A stretch of DNA of 58,085 bases from an uncultured Candidatus Saccharibacteria bacterium. GTDB lineage: Bacteria; Patescibacteriota; Minisyncoccia; Phycocordibacterales; WO2-35-19. The position numbers and the translations under genes are program-made. The DNA lies in the NCBI GenBank assembly GCA_964548205.1, contig CAZJPJ010000001.1:1-58085 (forward strand), given 5' to 3'. Each line of letters begins with the position of its first letter. Positions within the stretch are counted from its first letter, which is position 1. The notes beneath the pieces are model-generated. The model was not told the origin of the DNA and ran no database searches. It worked only from the letters and a program-made list of their open reading frames with translations. Below are positions 1-9,644 of the stretch, piece by piece.

Positions 1-45
1 GTTGGACCAGCTACCAAAGCGAAGGTTAATGAGTACTTGAGGTGA
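1..45 (+). CDS. 3' end of a gene cut by the window edge (VGPATKAKVNEYLR*), likely peptidoglycan-binding domain protein
   Basis: Frame 1 is open to TGA at 43-45; VGPAT resembles the end of PG_binding_1 repeats. Confidence 0.4.
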   Translation, partial: VGPATKAKVNEYLR

Positions 46-63
46 TGTTCACAGAATCGGGCT

Positions 64-110
64 TTGTCTAAATCAAGCTTGCTGATATAATTTTAGGCAA
101 GCTTGATTTA
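64..110 (+). promoter_or_regulatory. Putative sigma70 promoter overlapped by a 14-bp inverted repeat
   Basis: TTGTCT 64-69 and TATAAT 86-91; TAAATCAAGCTTGC (69-82) and GCAAGCTTGATTTA (97-110) are perfect reverse complements. Confidence 0.45.
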
Positions 111-125
111 TTTCGTAACACTTTT

Positions 126-635
126 TTGATGGATATAAATAATACAAATAGAAATATGAGGTTTGGTGTTGATCAACCAACTAACGGAGGGGATCAGTAC
201 TCAAAAATAAAAAATGTTTCTTCAAATTCGAACAGTCTTTTTAGATTTATAAAAAAAGCAATAATATTTATATTGGTTTTGTCGGTTTTGTTTGGATTGC
301 TTTACTATTCAAAGAATATTTTTTTGGATAAAGCTCCATATTCTAGCGATAGTTTTCATGCAATATTTCTAACAAACAACCAAGTTTATTTTGGGCACAT
401 TAAAGAGATGAGCAAAGATTTGCTCGTCCTTGGTGGGGTGTATTATTTACAATTTGATAACCAGGATGCTCAAAACAATCTGACTACCCCAAGATTTTCA
501 CTTATAAAGCTCGGTAGCGAAATCCATGGACCGAAAGAAGAGATGTATATAAATAGAGAACATATCCTTTTCTACGAAGAACTAAAAAGTGATAGTCAAG
601 TAGTAAAATCCATTATAAGCCAGGAAAGTAATTAG
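126..635 (+). CDS. Single-pass membrane hypothetical protein (FLTNNQVYFG motif)
   Basis: 169-aa ORF with one TM segment followed by a soluble domain; ATG at 129 is a possible start. Confidence 0.75.
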   Translation: MMDINNTNRNMRFGVDQPTNGGDQYSKIKNVSSNSNSLFRFIKKAIIFILVLSVLFGLLYYSKNIFLDKAPYSSDSFHAIFLTNNQVYFGHIKEMSKDLLVLGGVYYLQFDNQDAQNNLTTPRFSLIKLGSEIHGPKEEMYINREHILFYEELKSDSQVVKSIISQESN

Positions 636-643
636 TTTTAGTC

Positions 644-3067
644 ATGGATCAAGAAACCAAGCAAAATCTCAATTTTAGAAGTGCAGATATTGCGAATGTG
701 GGTACAAAAATTGCATCTGTTCCGAAAAGAAGAAATGATATTTTTTCTTTGTTTATTTTTCTGTTACCAATCCTATTCATACCTATAGCTTTTGTTTCTG
801 TAAATTTCTCAAAGTTTGTATTAGTCACTATTTTTGTATTAGTGGCGGCGATTGTCTATAGAAAAGATCTTGCAAGATATCTAATTGATCTTAGGTCTAT
901 GCCAAAGTTTGTTTTTGCAATGATCGCTTTTTACTTGGTGGCGATCATCTCCACTGTGTATTCTGGCAACACTTACAAGTCTCTGGTGGGAGAGATAGTT
1001 GATTATAATAGTTTTTTTGGTATATCTATCTTCATAATTGCTTTCTTTGTCACTGTTGCGTATTTGAATAATAAAAATCGACCAGAAAAGATCTTTAAGG
1101 CTATTGTTTTTTCTGGTGGCGCTGTATTGTTCTACTATTTATTTCGTGTGCTATTTGCCAACATATCAATAATACAGAAGTTCGGACCCTATCTAAAGGA
1201 TAATTTGATAGGATCGCATATAGATGTCTCTATATTTTTGGCCCTTAGTGTAGCTGTTTCTTTATTCTATAGAAGTAATATATTTAAAAATAATATTTCT
1301 AGTATTTTTTTTATAGTGATTGCGATGATACTTGTAGGGGCAATAAACTTCAAACCTTTGCTTATAATTATGGCGGTCATGTCGCTATTGTCTCTTGTGC
1401 CAAGGGTCTACAGAAATATAAAGAATCTAAAATTGCTTATAAAGGAAAAAAGTAACCTAACTTATTTGTGTGTTTTGGTTCTATCTTTGGTTTTTGTACT
1501 AAGTCCAACAATCGGATCGAAGGTGTCTTCTTTTTTGTACATAAACAATCTAGAAATATATCCAAACACTGTATCTACTTACCAAGTATATGAGAGCATG
1601 TTGATAGATGGGCAATTGTTGGGGGTAGGGCCAGGCATGTTTTATAAGGCATGGTCGGTGTATAAACCAAATAGTGTATTTCTTACAGAATTTTTTAACC
1701 TCGATTTCAATATTGGCTCAGGTTTTGTGCCCACATTGTTTGTAAACACTGGCCTTTTTGGTACTGTGGCATTGTTGCTTTTCTTTGTTTTTTATATAAA
1801 GTCTGGAATAGGTTTTATAAGAAGGAGCTACAACTCTGGTACTGAATTATATGATGGGGTGAACGGATCACAGTATGGTTTTGATTTTTATAAAGTAGGG
1901 GTACTTTCGTTCAAGACTTCTTTGTTTATGTGGGCGGTATTGCTGTTCTATTTTCCGAGTATTGTATTAATCTTTATAACTTTTGTTCTAACGGCTTTTT
2001 TCACTTATTGTCTAAATGTTGAGTATTTTAATACTGTACAAAATAGAGAAACTACTGGAACAAGGTCTAGAGTAGAAAGTATTATATCAGCTACCATACT
2101 ATTGGTAGTTATAAGTGGAGGATTGCTGATAATTAGAAGATTCGTTTCTTTTGTTGTTTTTGAGAAAGCTGTATCAAATATTTCTATTGAGAATCTAGAT
2201 ACAGTACAGAAAAATATAGAAAGGTCTATAAGGATAAGTGGTACAGATAGAGCTTATAGGGTGTTGTCTGAAGTGTATCTTGCTAAGACAATAAATATGG
2301 CATATTCAGATCTAGCAAAGAACAATAATACTCTAAGTGAAAATGCTACGTTGTCTTTCCAAAATGGAGTAGATAGTGCTATATCGGCAGCTAATAGGGC
2401 GATAGAGATAGATAGGGCTGATTACAAAAACCATCTGGCACTTGCGAAAATATATGATACTTTGGCAGTGAATGGTGTTTCAGGATCTGCACAAATAGCG
2501 ATACAGAATTATAATAATGTATTAACACTTGTACCCAATTCACCACGCGTTTTGCTGGACATAGCCAGGATGTATGCGCTAGGTGGTGATTTTGATTCTA
2601 CGAGAGAAAGCTTGCTCAAGGCTTTGTATATTAAGCAAAATTTCACCGATGCTTACTTTACTCTAGCTCAGATCGACCTTGCTCAAAACAATATTTCGCA
2701 GGCCATAACAAATGTTAGAAATGCAGTCGTGTCTGATCCATATAATGCTGGTTTGAGCTTCCAGTTGGGTGTATTGAATTATAGCCAAGAAAGGTGGGGA
2801 GATGCTGCAAGTGCTTTCGAAGCCGCCTTGGTAGTGGTACCAGACTATGCCAACGCAAAATACTTCTTAGCATTATCTTATTATCGATTAGGTCGTAGGA
2901 ATGATGCGGTGGCCTTATTTGAGGATATACAATCAACGAATCCTGATAATACAGAAGTAAAGTTTATTCTAGAAAATCTCAGGGCAGGCAGAGAGCCCTT
3001 TTATAATGCAAGACCTCCTATTAGTGATAAGCCAGAAGAACGTTCTGAGTTACCTATTGGTGAATAA
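644..3067 (+). CDS. Polytopic membrane protein, O-antigen-ligase-like N-terminal region plus C-terminal TPR repeats
   Basis: Many TM helices, LLGVGPGMF motif, then TPR-like helices (AYFTLAQIDL, AKYFLALSYYRLG). Confidence 0.75.
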   Translation: MDQETKQNLNFRSADIANVGTKIASVPKRRNDIFSLFIFLLPILFIPIAFVSVNFSKFVLVTIFVLVAAIVYRKDLARYLIDLRSMPKFVFAMIAFYLVAIISTVYSGNTYKSLVGEIVDYNSFFGISIFIIAFFVTVAYLNNKNRPEKIFKAIVFSGGAVLFYYLFRVLFANISIIQKFGPYLKDNLIGSHIDVSIFLALSVAVSLFYRSNIFKNNISSIFFIVIAMILVGAINFKPLLIIMAVMSLLSLVPRVYRNIKNLKLLIKEKSNLTYLCVLVLSLVFVLSPTIGSKVSSFLYINNLEIYPNTVSTYQVYESMLIDGQLLGVGPGMFYKAWSVYKPNSVFLTEFFNLDFNIGSGFVPTLFVNTGLFGTVALLLFFVFYIKSGIGFIRRSYNSGTELYDGVNGSQYGFDFYKVGVLSFKTSLFMWAVLLFYFPSIVLIFITFVLTAFFTYCLNVEYFNTVQNRETTGTRSRVESIISATILLVVISGGLLIIRRFVSFVVFEKAVSNISIENLDTVQKNIERSIRISGTDRAYRVLSEVYLAKTINMAYSDLAKNNNTLSENATLSFQNGVDSAISAANRAIEIDRADYKNHLALAKIYDTLAVNGVSGSAQIAIQNYNNVLTLVPNSPRVLLDIARMYALGGDFDSTRESLLKALYIKQNFTDAYFTLAQIDLAQNNISQAITNVRNAVVSDPYNAGLSFQLGVLNYSQERWGDAASAFEAALVVVPDYANAKYFLALSYYRLGRRNDAVALFEDIQSTNPDNTEVKFILENLRAGREPFYNARPPISDKPEERSELPIGE

Positions 3068-3105
3068 AATAGTAATAATTCTTAGCCGGTGCTAAACTTT
3101 TAGGT

Positions 3106-4734
3106 GTGGTTAAGAGAGCTATAAGTGCTGTGATAAGCAAGATACAAGATTTCAAACGAGCAGCTTTTTGGCTTGCTTCTTTTGCTTTGATAAGTCAGTT
3201 GCTGGCTTTAGTAAGGGATAGATTGTTGGCGCATAACTTTGGTGCTGGCGAAGAGCTTGATATATACTACGCCGCATTTAAAATCCCAGATTTGATATTT
3301 GTGACCGTGGCCTCTCTTGTATCTATAAGCGCTTTGGTGCCTCTTTTTGCCAAGAAAGAAGTTTTGGGTGAGAAATATTTACAAGAAGCAACCAACTCTA
3401 TATTTACTGTTTTCTCTGGTTTTATTGTATTGGTATCTGTTTTGTCTTATTTTCTGATTCCTAAAATAGTACCGATTGCTTTTTCTGGAGTAAGTGATTT
3501 TGCTCTCCAAGAGATAGAGTATCTGTCACGAATCTTATTGCTATCGCCACTCCTCTTGGGTTTCTCAAACTTTTTTGGGTCTATAGTGCAGTATCAAAAC
3601 AGATTTATACTTTATGCTTTAAGTCCTGTTCTTTATAATATAGGAATCATTGCTGGTATTGTCTTGGGGGTAGAAACTTTCGGTATTTCGGCTGTTGTTG
3701 TAGGTGTATGTATTGGAGCTCTTTTACATTTGGGTCTGCAGGCTATATTTGTGATTCTCTCAGATCTAAGGCCGCGTTTTGTTTTCAATATAAAATGGAA
3801 TGATGTAAAAGAAATTGCATACCTGTCTATACCAAGGACTTTTGCTCTTTCTGTAACCAGTTTTGTCAGTTTTGTTTTTGCGGCACTAGCAGCCAAATTG
3901 GCAGTAGGCTCTATAGCGGTATTTAACTTGGCAAATAATCTACAATCGGCCCCGCTATCATTGATAGGAGTGTCTTTTTCTATAGCGGCATTTCCTGCGC
4001 TTGCGATATCTGCCGCTCGTAACCACAAAGAAGAGGTGGTGGCGAAGATTTCTGAAGGACTGAGGCAAATAATATTTTGGTCTCTACCTATTACAGCCTT
4101 GATAATTATTTTGCGAGCTCATATAGTAAGGGTGGTTTTGGGTTCGGGTAATTTCGATTGGTCTGATACTAGGTTGACCGCTGCGGTCCTCGCTCTTTTT
4201 GTGATCTCAACCGTCTTTCAAAGTGTCCAACTCTTTTTATCGCGTTCTTTATATGCGTTGGGTAAAACCAAATGGCCACTTATAGCCAATGTGGCAGGTG
4301 GGGGAATCTCTATATGTGTGGCCTACTATATATACGCCAATTGGATCGAATTTCGTGGCATGTTTATGACTATAGAGAATCTACTAAATATAAATGATCT
4401 AAATGCGGCTATCCTGGTTTTGCCTCTCTCTTTTTCCTTGGGCTTTATTGTCTCTTCTGTATTGCTCTTTTATGCTTTGGGCAACGATATATATATATCT
4501 ATAGTTAGATCGATAAGTGCAACTATTCGGGACGCACTTATAGCGGCTCTGTCAGCTGGTTTGGGTGGTTATCTTCTACTTTATATATTTGGAAATGTTT
4601 TCAATTTAGACACTTTTACGGGTGTGTTTTCCCATGGTATTGTTGGGGGGCTTTCAGGTATTGCATTTGCTAGTGTGGCATTATATTTATTGGGTAACGA
4701 GGATGTGAGAGGGGTGATAAGGAAGGTCAAATAG
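3106..4734 (+). CDS. murJ: Lipid II flippase MurJ (MviN)
   Basis: LALVRDRLLAHNFGAG, AAFKIPDLIF and LSRSLYALG motifs; hydrophobic throughout; GTG start. Confidence 0.9.
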   Translation: MVKRAISAVISKIQDFKRAAFWLASFALISQLLALVRDRLLAHNFGAGEELDIYYAAFKIPDLIFVTVASLVSISALVPLFAKKEVLGEKYLQEATNSIFTVFSGFIVLVSVLSYFLIPKIVPIAFSGVSDFALQEIEYLSRILLLSPLLLGFSNFFGSIVQYQNRFILYALSPVLYNIGIIAGIVLGVETFGISAVVVGVCIGALLHLGLQAIFVILSDLRPRFVFNIKWNDVKEIAYLSIPRTFALSVTSFVSFVFAALAAKLAVGSIAVFNLANNLQSAPLSLIGVSFSIAAFPALAISAARNHKEEVVAKISEGLRQIIFWSLPITALIIILRAHIVRVVLGSGNFDWSDTRLTAAVLALFVISTVFQSVQLFLSRSLYALGKTKWPLIANVAGGGISICVAYYIYANWIEFRGMFMTIENLLNINDLNAAILVLPLSFSLGFIVSSVLLFYALGNDIYISIVRSISATIRDALIAALSAGLGGYLLLYIFGNVFNLDTFTGVFSHGIVGGLSGIAFASVALYLLGNEDVRGVIRKVK

Positions 4735-4740
4735 ATAAGA

Positions 4741-6603
4741 ATGAATAATATAAGAAATTTTTGCATCATAGCGCATATTGATCACGGTAAGTCTACTTTG
4801 GCCGACCGGATGCTTGAAGTTACTAAGACAATCGAAAAGAGAAAGATGCAAAATCAAGTCCTAGACAATATGGAGCTTGAAAGAGAGAGGGGAATAACAA
4901 TAAAAATGACCCCAGTGCGGATGATATATCGCCCGCAAGCTCTAAATTCTAAATCCGAAATTCAAAACGGTTTCGAATTTGGAAATTCGGATTTGGAGCT
5001 TGATTCAAAACAGTATGTTTTAAATCTAATAGATACTCCAGGGCATATAGACTTTTCTTATGAAGTGTCTAGAGCTTTAAGTGCTGTCGAAGGTGTGATA
5101 CTGCTCGTCGATGCTACGCAAGGGGTCCAAGCTCAGACTTTGTCAGTGCTCGGTATGGCAAAGGATATGAACCTCGTAGTGATACCAGTTGTCTCAAAGG
5201 TGGACTCTCCTTTGGCTATGGTAGATGAAGTAAAAGATGAAATAGCTGGAATTTTGAATATAGAAAAAGATGAAATACTTGAGGTGTCTGGTAAGACGGG
5301 TCAGGGGGTAGAGGCTTTGCTTCAAACTATAATATCTAAAATACCTTCTCCTAGTATAAATCTGGAAGCTCCTCTAAAAGCTCTGGTTTTTGATCTTGAG
5401 TATCAAACCCATACTGGGGTAACTGTGTATCTCAGAGTTGTGGATGGAGCAATAAAAGAATCTGACAATCTTTTATTTAGGATTTCTTTGGAAAAATTCA
5501 GAGCTCAGGAAGTGGGGATATTTTCACCAGACAAGAAGCCTATTAAGGAACTAAAGGCTGGAGAGATAGGTTATGTGGTTACTGGCGTCAAAAGTGCTAG
5601 AGTCACATCAGTCGGTGATACTCTTGTTCGGCAGTCTGAAAACGCTCTTCCTCTGCCCGGCCACCAAAGACCTCTACCAGTGGTTTGGGCCAGTGTCTTT
5701 CCAGAAGATCAAAATGATCTTCTGGTACTAAAACAGGCATTACAAAAACTAGAGCTATCTGACTCGTCACTTTCTTTCGAAGAAGAATCATCAGGGGTCT
5801 TGGGTAAAGGGTACAGATGTGGTTTTTTAGGACTGCTTCACCTCGAGATTATTATAGAAAGATTGAAAAGGGAATTTGACCTAGATCTGGTTATTACTCA
5901 GCCTTCTATAAACTACTTTGTGTCATATAACCAAAATGCATCTAAAGAAAAAAAAGATGAAGTCATATATTCGGCTTCATTGTTCCCAGATGATGGTGTG
6001 ATTTTAAAAATAGAAGAACCATGGATAGAGTGCAACATAGTCTCTCCTGTAGATTATGTGAACAACCTCATGCCTCTTGTTTATGAACATGAGGCAGAGC
6101 TTTCGAATACGATACAGATAGGTGATGGACGTACTACTATAGTACTGAATTTACCACTTCGTGAATTCATGAGAGGTTTCTTCGATAGGGTCAAAAGCAT
6201 CTCTGCTGGATTCGCCAGTGTATCTTATAGGCCAATCGGTATGCGGGAAGCTAATGTCACAAGGCTCGATATATTGATAAACGGTGAGGTTAATCCGATA
6301 TTTTCGAGAGTAGTTTCAAAGAGAACGGTTGAAACTGAAGCAGAAAAAACTGTTGAAAAATTAGAGAACGTGCTTCCAAGGCAGATGTTTGAACTAAAGA
6401 TCCAAGCTAAGGCTCAAGGCAGGATAATATCTTCTCGTACTATAAAAGCATTCAGAAAAGATGTAACTCAGCATATGTATGGAGGTGATATTACGCGCAA
6501 GATGAAACTCAGAGAAAAACAGAAAAAAGGTAAGAAAAAAATGCTTGCTAGGGGTAAGTTGAACATACCTCATGATGTCTTTGTAAAAATAATGAAACCC
6601 TAG
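4741..6603 (+). CDS. lepA: Elongation factor 4 (LepA)
   Basis: IIAHIDHGKSTLADR, ERERGITIK, DTPGHIDF, GFLGLLH, YGGDITRKMKL. Confidence 0.98.
   Translation: MNNIRNFCIIAHIDHGKSTLADRMLEVTKTIEKRKMQNQVLDNMELERERGITIKMTPVRMIYRPQALNSKSEIQNGFEFGNSDLELDSKQYVLNLIDTPGHIDFSYEVSRALSAVEGVILLVDATQGVQAQTLSVLGMAKDMNLVVIPVVSKVDSPLAMVDEVKDEIAGILNIEKDEILEVSGKTGQGVEALLQTIISKIPSPSINLEAPLKALVFDLEYQTHTGVTVYLRVVDGAIKESDNLLFRISLEKFRAQEVGIFSPDKKPIKELKAGEIGYVVTGVKSARVTSVGDTLVRQSENALPLPGHQRPLPVVWASVFPEDQNDLLVLKQALQKLELSDSSLSFEEESSGVLGKGYRCGFLGLLHLEIIIERLKREFDLDLVITQPSINYFVSYNQNASKEKKDEVIYSASLFPDDGVILKIEEPWIECNIVSPVDYVNNLMPLVYEHEAELSNTIQIGDGRTTIVLNLPLREFMRGFFDRVKSISAGFASVSYRPIGMREANVTRLDILINGEVNPIFSRVVSKRTVETEAEKTVEKLENVLPRQMFELKIQAKAQGRIISSRTIKAFRKDVTQHMYGGDITRKMKLREKQKKGKKKMLARGKLNIPHDVFVKIMKP
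4937..5001. repeat. Imperfect palindrome of heptamer units, in frame inside lepA
   Basis: aagctctaaattctaaatccgaaattc...gaatttggaaattcggatttggagctt; encodes ALNSKSEIQNGFEFGNSDLEL. Confidence 0.7.
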
Positions 6604-6627
6604 ATCTCTACGTGTTAAAATATAGGC

Positions 6628-6993
6628 ATGAGAGGGGCTGGTAAAAAAAGCGACAAAACTAAACACTTGGGTATATTTGTACTGCTTTTTTTATTGCTCT
6701 TGCTTATAAGCAACTCTACATATAAGGTATACAAGAAAAAGGAAACAGCCGAAGAGGCTTTGAGTAAGATGAATTCTGAGATGGTTGATATAGAGAACAG
6801 GATAGCTATATTAAGACGTTCAGAAAAAAGGCTTTCAAATGATGAGGGGATCGAGTTTGAGCTAAGAAAAAAATTTAGTGTTGCAAGTGCGGGGGAGAGT
6901 TTGGCGGTAATAGTGGATGGGGATAAAAAAGATGGTAATGAGAGTGGCGACCAAAGCTTATGGTCAAAAATAAAAGTTTTTTTTGGTTTCTGA
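6628..6993 (+). CDS. Septum formation initiator family protein (FtsB/DivIC-like)
   Basis: Basic N-terminus, one TM helix, coiled coil, EFELRKKFSVASAGESLAVIV C-terminal motif. Confidence 0.75.
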   Translation: MRGAGKKSDKTKHLGIFVLLFLLLLLISNSTYKVYKKKETAEEALSKMNSEMVDIENRIAILRRSEKRLSNDEGIEFELRKKFSVASAGESLAVIVDGDKKDGNESGDQSLWSKIKVFFGF

Positions 6994-7020
6994 CACTTTT
7001 CCATATATTTTTGGAAAAGT

Positions 7021-7331
7021 AGGGATAATGGAGGTGGTGGAGGTGGATACACAGTCAAGCAAAATGATTTGCATCATCAATTGATGAGTTGGATGAAGGA
7101 GATGAAAGTAGAGAGATTACAGAGGAAGAATTTGTAGTGGAAGAAAGCTCAGAAAATGAGGGAGAGAGAACAGAACAACCGGTGATATTTGAGGATGAAG
7201 TAAGTGACACAGAAGATCTAAATGATGAAGAAGTGCTGGATGATAATGAGGAATCTGAAGAAGTTGTAAGTACGGGAACCTCTCAAGAAGCTGTTGGGGA
7301 AGAGGTTGTAGATGACAAGGGTCTTATATAA
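7021..7331 (+). pseudogene. Probable relic: poly-Gly linker plus highly acidic tail split by a frameshift
   Basis: GGGGGGYTVKQND in one frame, FASSIDELDEGDES... continuing in the -1 frame; the ORF track gives only 7089..7331 with a TTG start. Confidence 0.4.
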
Positions 7332-8712
7332 GGCTCTTGAGGGTTTTGCGAACCAAAGTATCTTTTCCAGAATCTTTGATGATATAGCCTTCTTTCTCAA
7401 TCTGATTTCTTATCTCGTCCGAACGAGACCAATCTTTGTTTTTTCTTGCCTCGTTTCTTTCATCTATAAGCTCATTGTTTTCTTCAGGTATTTCAAAAAG
7501 TTTTTCTGAAATATTTTTTATATCTAATCCCAATATTTTGTCTATAGTATCTATCTGATTTTTCGATTCTGCCGCAGAAAGCAAGGCTAGAGCAAGGGGA
7601 GTGTTGAGGTCATCGCTCATAGCTTCTTCAAATTGCTTTTTTATTTCGTTGTCATTTTCAGAACTATCTGGCATCGTGTGATAATCATTTGCGATTCTCT
7701 CCAATGTGTTTTGAGCTGAGAGGAGAGCTTCATCTGTCAGATTTGCTCCTGTTTTGTAATGAGCTTGAAGTAATAGATACCTCAAAGAAAGCGGATGAAT
7801 GCCTTTCTTTTTTATATCGTCTATATATACAACGTTACCCAAAGATTTGCTTATCTTCTCGTCGTCCAATTTGAGATGTGCTCGGTGTAACCAAAAACGA
7901 GAAAATGGAGATTTGTCTGTAGCTGCTTCTGATTGAGCAATTTCATTGTTGTGATGTACTCCTATGTGCTCTATACCGCCAGTGTGAATATCGATCTGCT
8001 CTCCTAGAAGCTTTATGATCATAGCGCTACACTCGATGTGCCAACCAGGGAAACCTGTGCCCCAAGGTGATGGCCAGCCATTTTGGTCATCAGATTTCCA
8101 GAGCAAGAAGTCTGTAGGTTTCTTCTTGCTTTTGGAAGTAGCGACCCTAGCTCCAGCCTTTTGTCCTTCTATATTTATACTTCCGAGTTTGCCATAATCT
8201 GTAAACTTTGCTGTATCAAAATACAGACCATCTTCACCTTTGTATGTATAACCCTTTGTTTCGATTCTTTCTATGAGTTCTATCTGATCTTTTATATAAT
8301 CAGAAGCGAAAGGGAACAGGGTGTCTTTGGTCTTTATGTTCAATGCGTGTAGATCTTCTTGGAACAATACAGCATACTTTTCTGCTAGTACTCTCATGTT
8401 CTGTAGAGTAAGAGCCAGGCCTTCTCTTTTGAGCCCTTTACTCATTCGGTCTTCTCCGATATCTGCATTACCTTCGTTGTCTCCGCTTAGGTGGCCAAAG
8501 TCTGTATAGTTTATAACTTGTTTTACTTTGTATCCGAAATATTCTAATGAACGTCGCAAAACATCGGTAAAGACAAACATCGATAAGTTGCCAATATGTT
8601 GCCTGTCATAAAGAGTTGGTCCGCAATTGTACATCCGGACTTCACGGGGTTCTATGGTAGAAAATTCCTCCTTTTTCCCACTAAGTGTATTATGGAATCT
8701 TAGTTTCATCAT
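7324..8712 (-). CDS. cysS: Cysteine--tRNA ligase
   Basis: YNCGPT, HIGN, GFPGWHIECSAM, HHNNEIAQSEA, KISKSLGN. Confidence 0.97.
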   Translation of the reverse strand: MMKLRFHNTLSGKKEEFSTIEPREVRMYNCGPTLYDRQHIGNLSMFVFTDVLRRSLEYFGYKVKQVINYTDFGHLSGDNEGNADIGEDRMSKGLKREGLALTLQNMRVLAEKYAVLFQEDLHALNIKTKDTLFPFASDYIKDQIELIERIETKGYTYKGEDGLYFDTAKFTDYGKLGSINIEGQKAGARVATSKSKKKPTDFLLWKSDDQNGWPSPWGTGFPGWHIECSAMIIKLLGEQIDIHTGGIEHIGVHHNNEIAQSEAATDKSPFSRFWLHRAHLKLDDEKISKSLGNVVYIDDIKKKGIHPLSLRYLLLQAHYKTGANLTDEALLSAQNTLERIANDYHTMPDSSENDNEIKKQFEEAMSDDLNTPLALALLSAAESKNQIDTIDKILGLDIKNISEKLFEIPEENNELIDERNEARKNKDWSRSDEIRNQIEKEGYIIKDSGKDTLVRKTLKSLI

Positions 8713-8719
8713 ATCTTAC

Positions 8720-9619
8720 CTATAGCCATTTCTTATACCTGAAAAAGCCAAACATGGCAAAGGTTGCAAATAGCATAATAGATAGCACTAACCAAAAATC
8801 ATGCGTTACTCCTACTATAGGTATATATTTTGTATTCATGCCAAATATAGAGGCGATAAGAGAGAGTGGGAAGGTGACAAAAGCCAGAATTGTAAAGACT
8901 TTCATGATCTCGTTTTGCTTGGTTGAGAGAAGTGAGTTGTTGGTTTCTCTTAGCTCGCTTACTATTGCACTGAGGTTGTCGGCTTCTGACATCAGTCTCT
9001 GCCATTGCTCTGCTATGTCATTTAGGTTTTTATCAAAATTGTGGCCATAATTTTTGTTTGTATCCGCAAGACCTGTCCATATGTATTTGTGTTCTAAAAG
9101 CGTCCTTCTAAATACGAGCATGTTTCTGCTCGCGTTTGAAAGTACGAAGACCATGTCCTTTTCTTCTCCATTAAAAATACTGTTTTCTATCTGTCGCAAC
9201 TTGCTTTCCATAAAAGAGAGTTCGTCGAACAAAAATTTATATATTTCTACCATCAATCCAAAGAATGGATGTTCCTCGTGTTCTTTCTGAAGTATCTGAT
9301 CAGTTTCAAATCTTTTTGCAAAATAATAGAGCGATTCTATCGAGTCGTATCTCACTGTTATAAGGTTCTTTTCTGAGATGACAAAATCTACTTCTTGCTC
9401 CATGTTGTTTTTGTCCGATCGGTTGAATACAGGGATTCTCATAACTATGTAGTTACTGAGCTCATTGTCTTCTATGAACTGCTTCGGGGTTGGTGCAAGT
9501 AAGTCCCTTGCTACGGCTTGATCAACACCATGAGCCTGAACCAAGGTATCTACATCTTCTTTGGTCGGAGATTCAACATCGATCCACTTATAATTTCCAA
9601 GTTGGCGGGTGATTATCAT
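8720..9619 (-). CDS. corA: CorA family Mg2+/divalent cation transporter
   Basis: GMN signature (SIFGMNTK) between two C-terminal TM helices. Confidence 0.9.
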   Translation of the reverse strand: MIITRQLGNYKWIDVESPTKEDVDTLVQAHGVDQAVARDLLAPTPKQFIEDNELSNYIVMRIPVFNRSDKNNMEQEVDFVISEKNLITVRYDSIESLYYFAKRFETDQILQKEHEEHPFFGLMVEIYKFLFDELSFMESKLRQIENSIFNGEEKDMVFVLSNASRNMLVFRRTLLEHKYIWTGLADTNKNYGHNFDKNLNDIAEQWQRLMSEADNLSAIVSELRETNNSLLSTKQNEIMKVFTILAFVTFPLSLIASIFGMNTKYIPIVGVTHDFWLVLSIMLFATFAMFGFFRYKKWL

Positions 9620-9644
9620 AATTTTGTGATAGTATTATACCAAA

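Noticed and set aside
4486-4499. (AT)6 microsatellite in murJ as a phase-variation site
   Set aside because: Short, frame intact, essential gene, expected in AT-rich DNA
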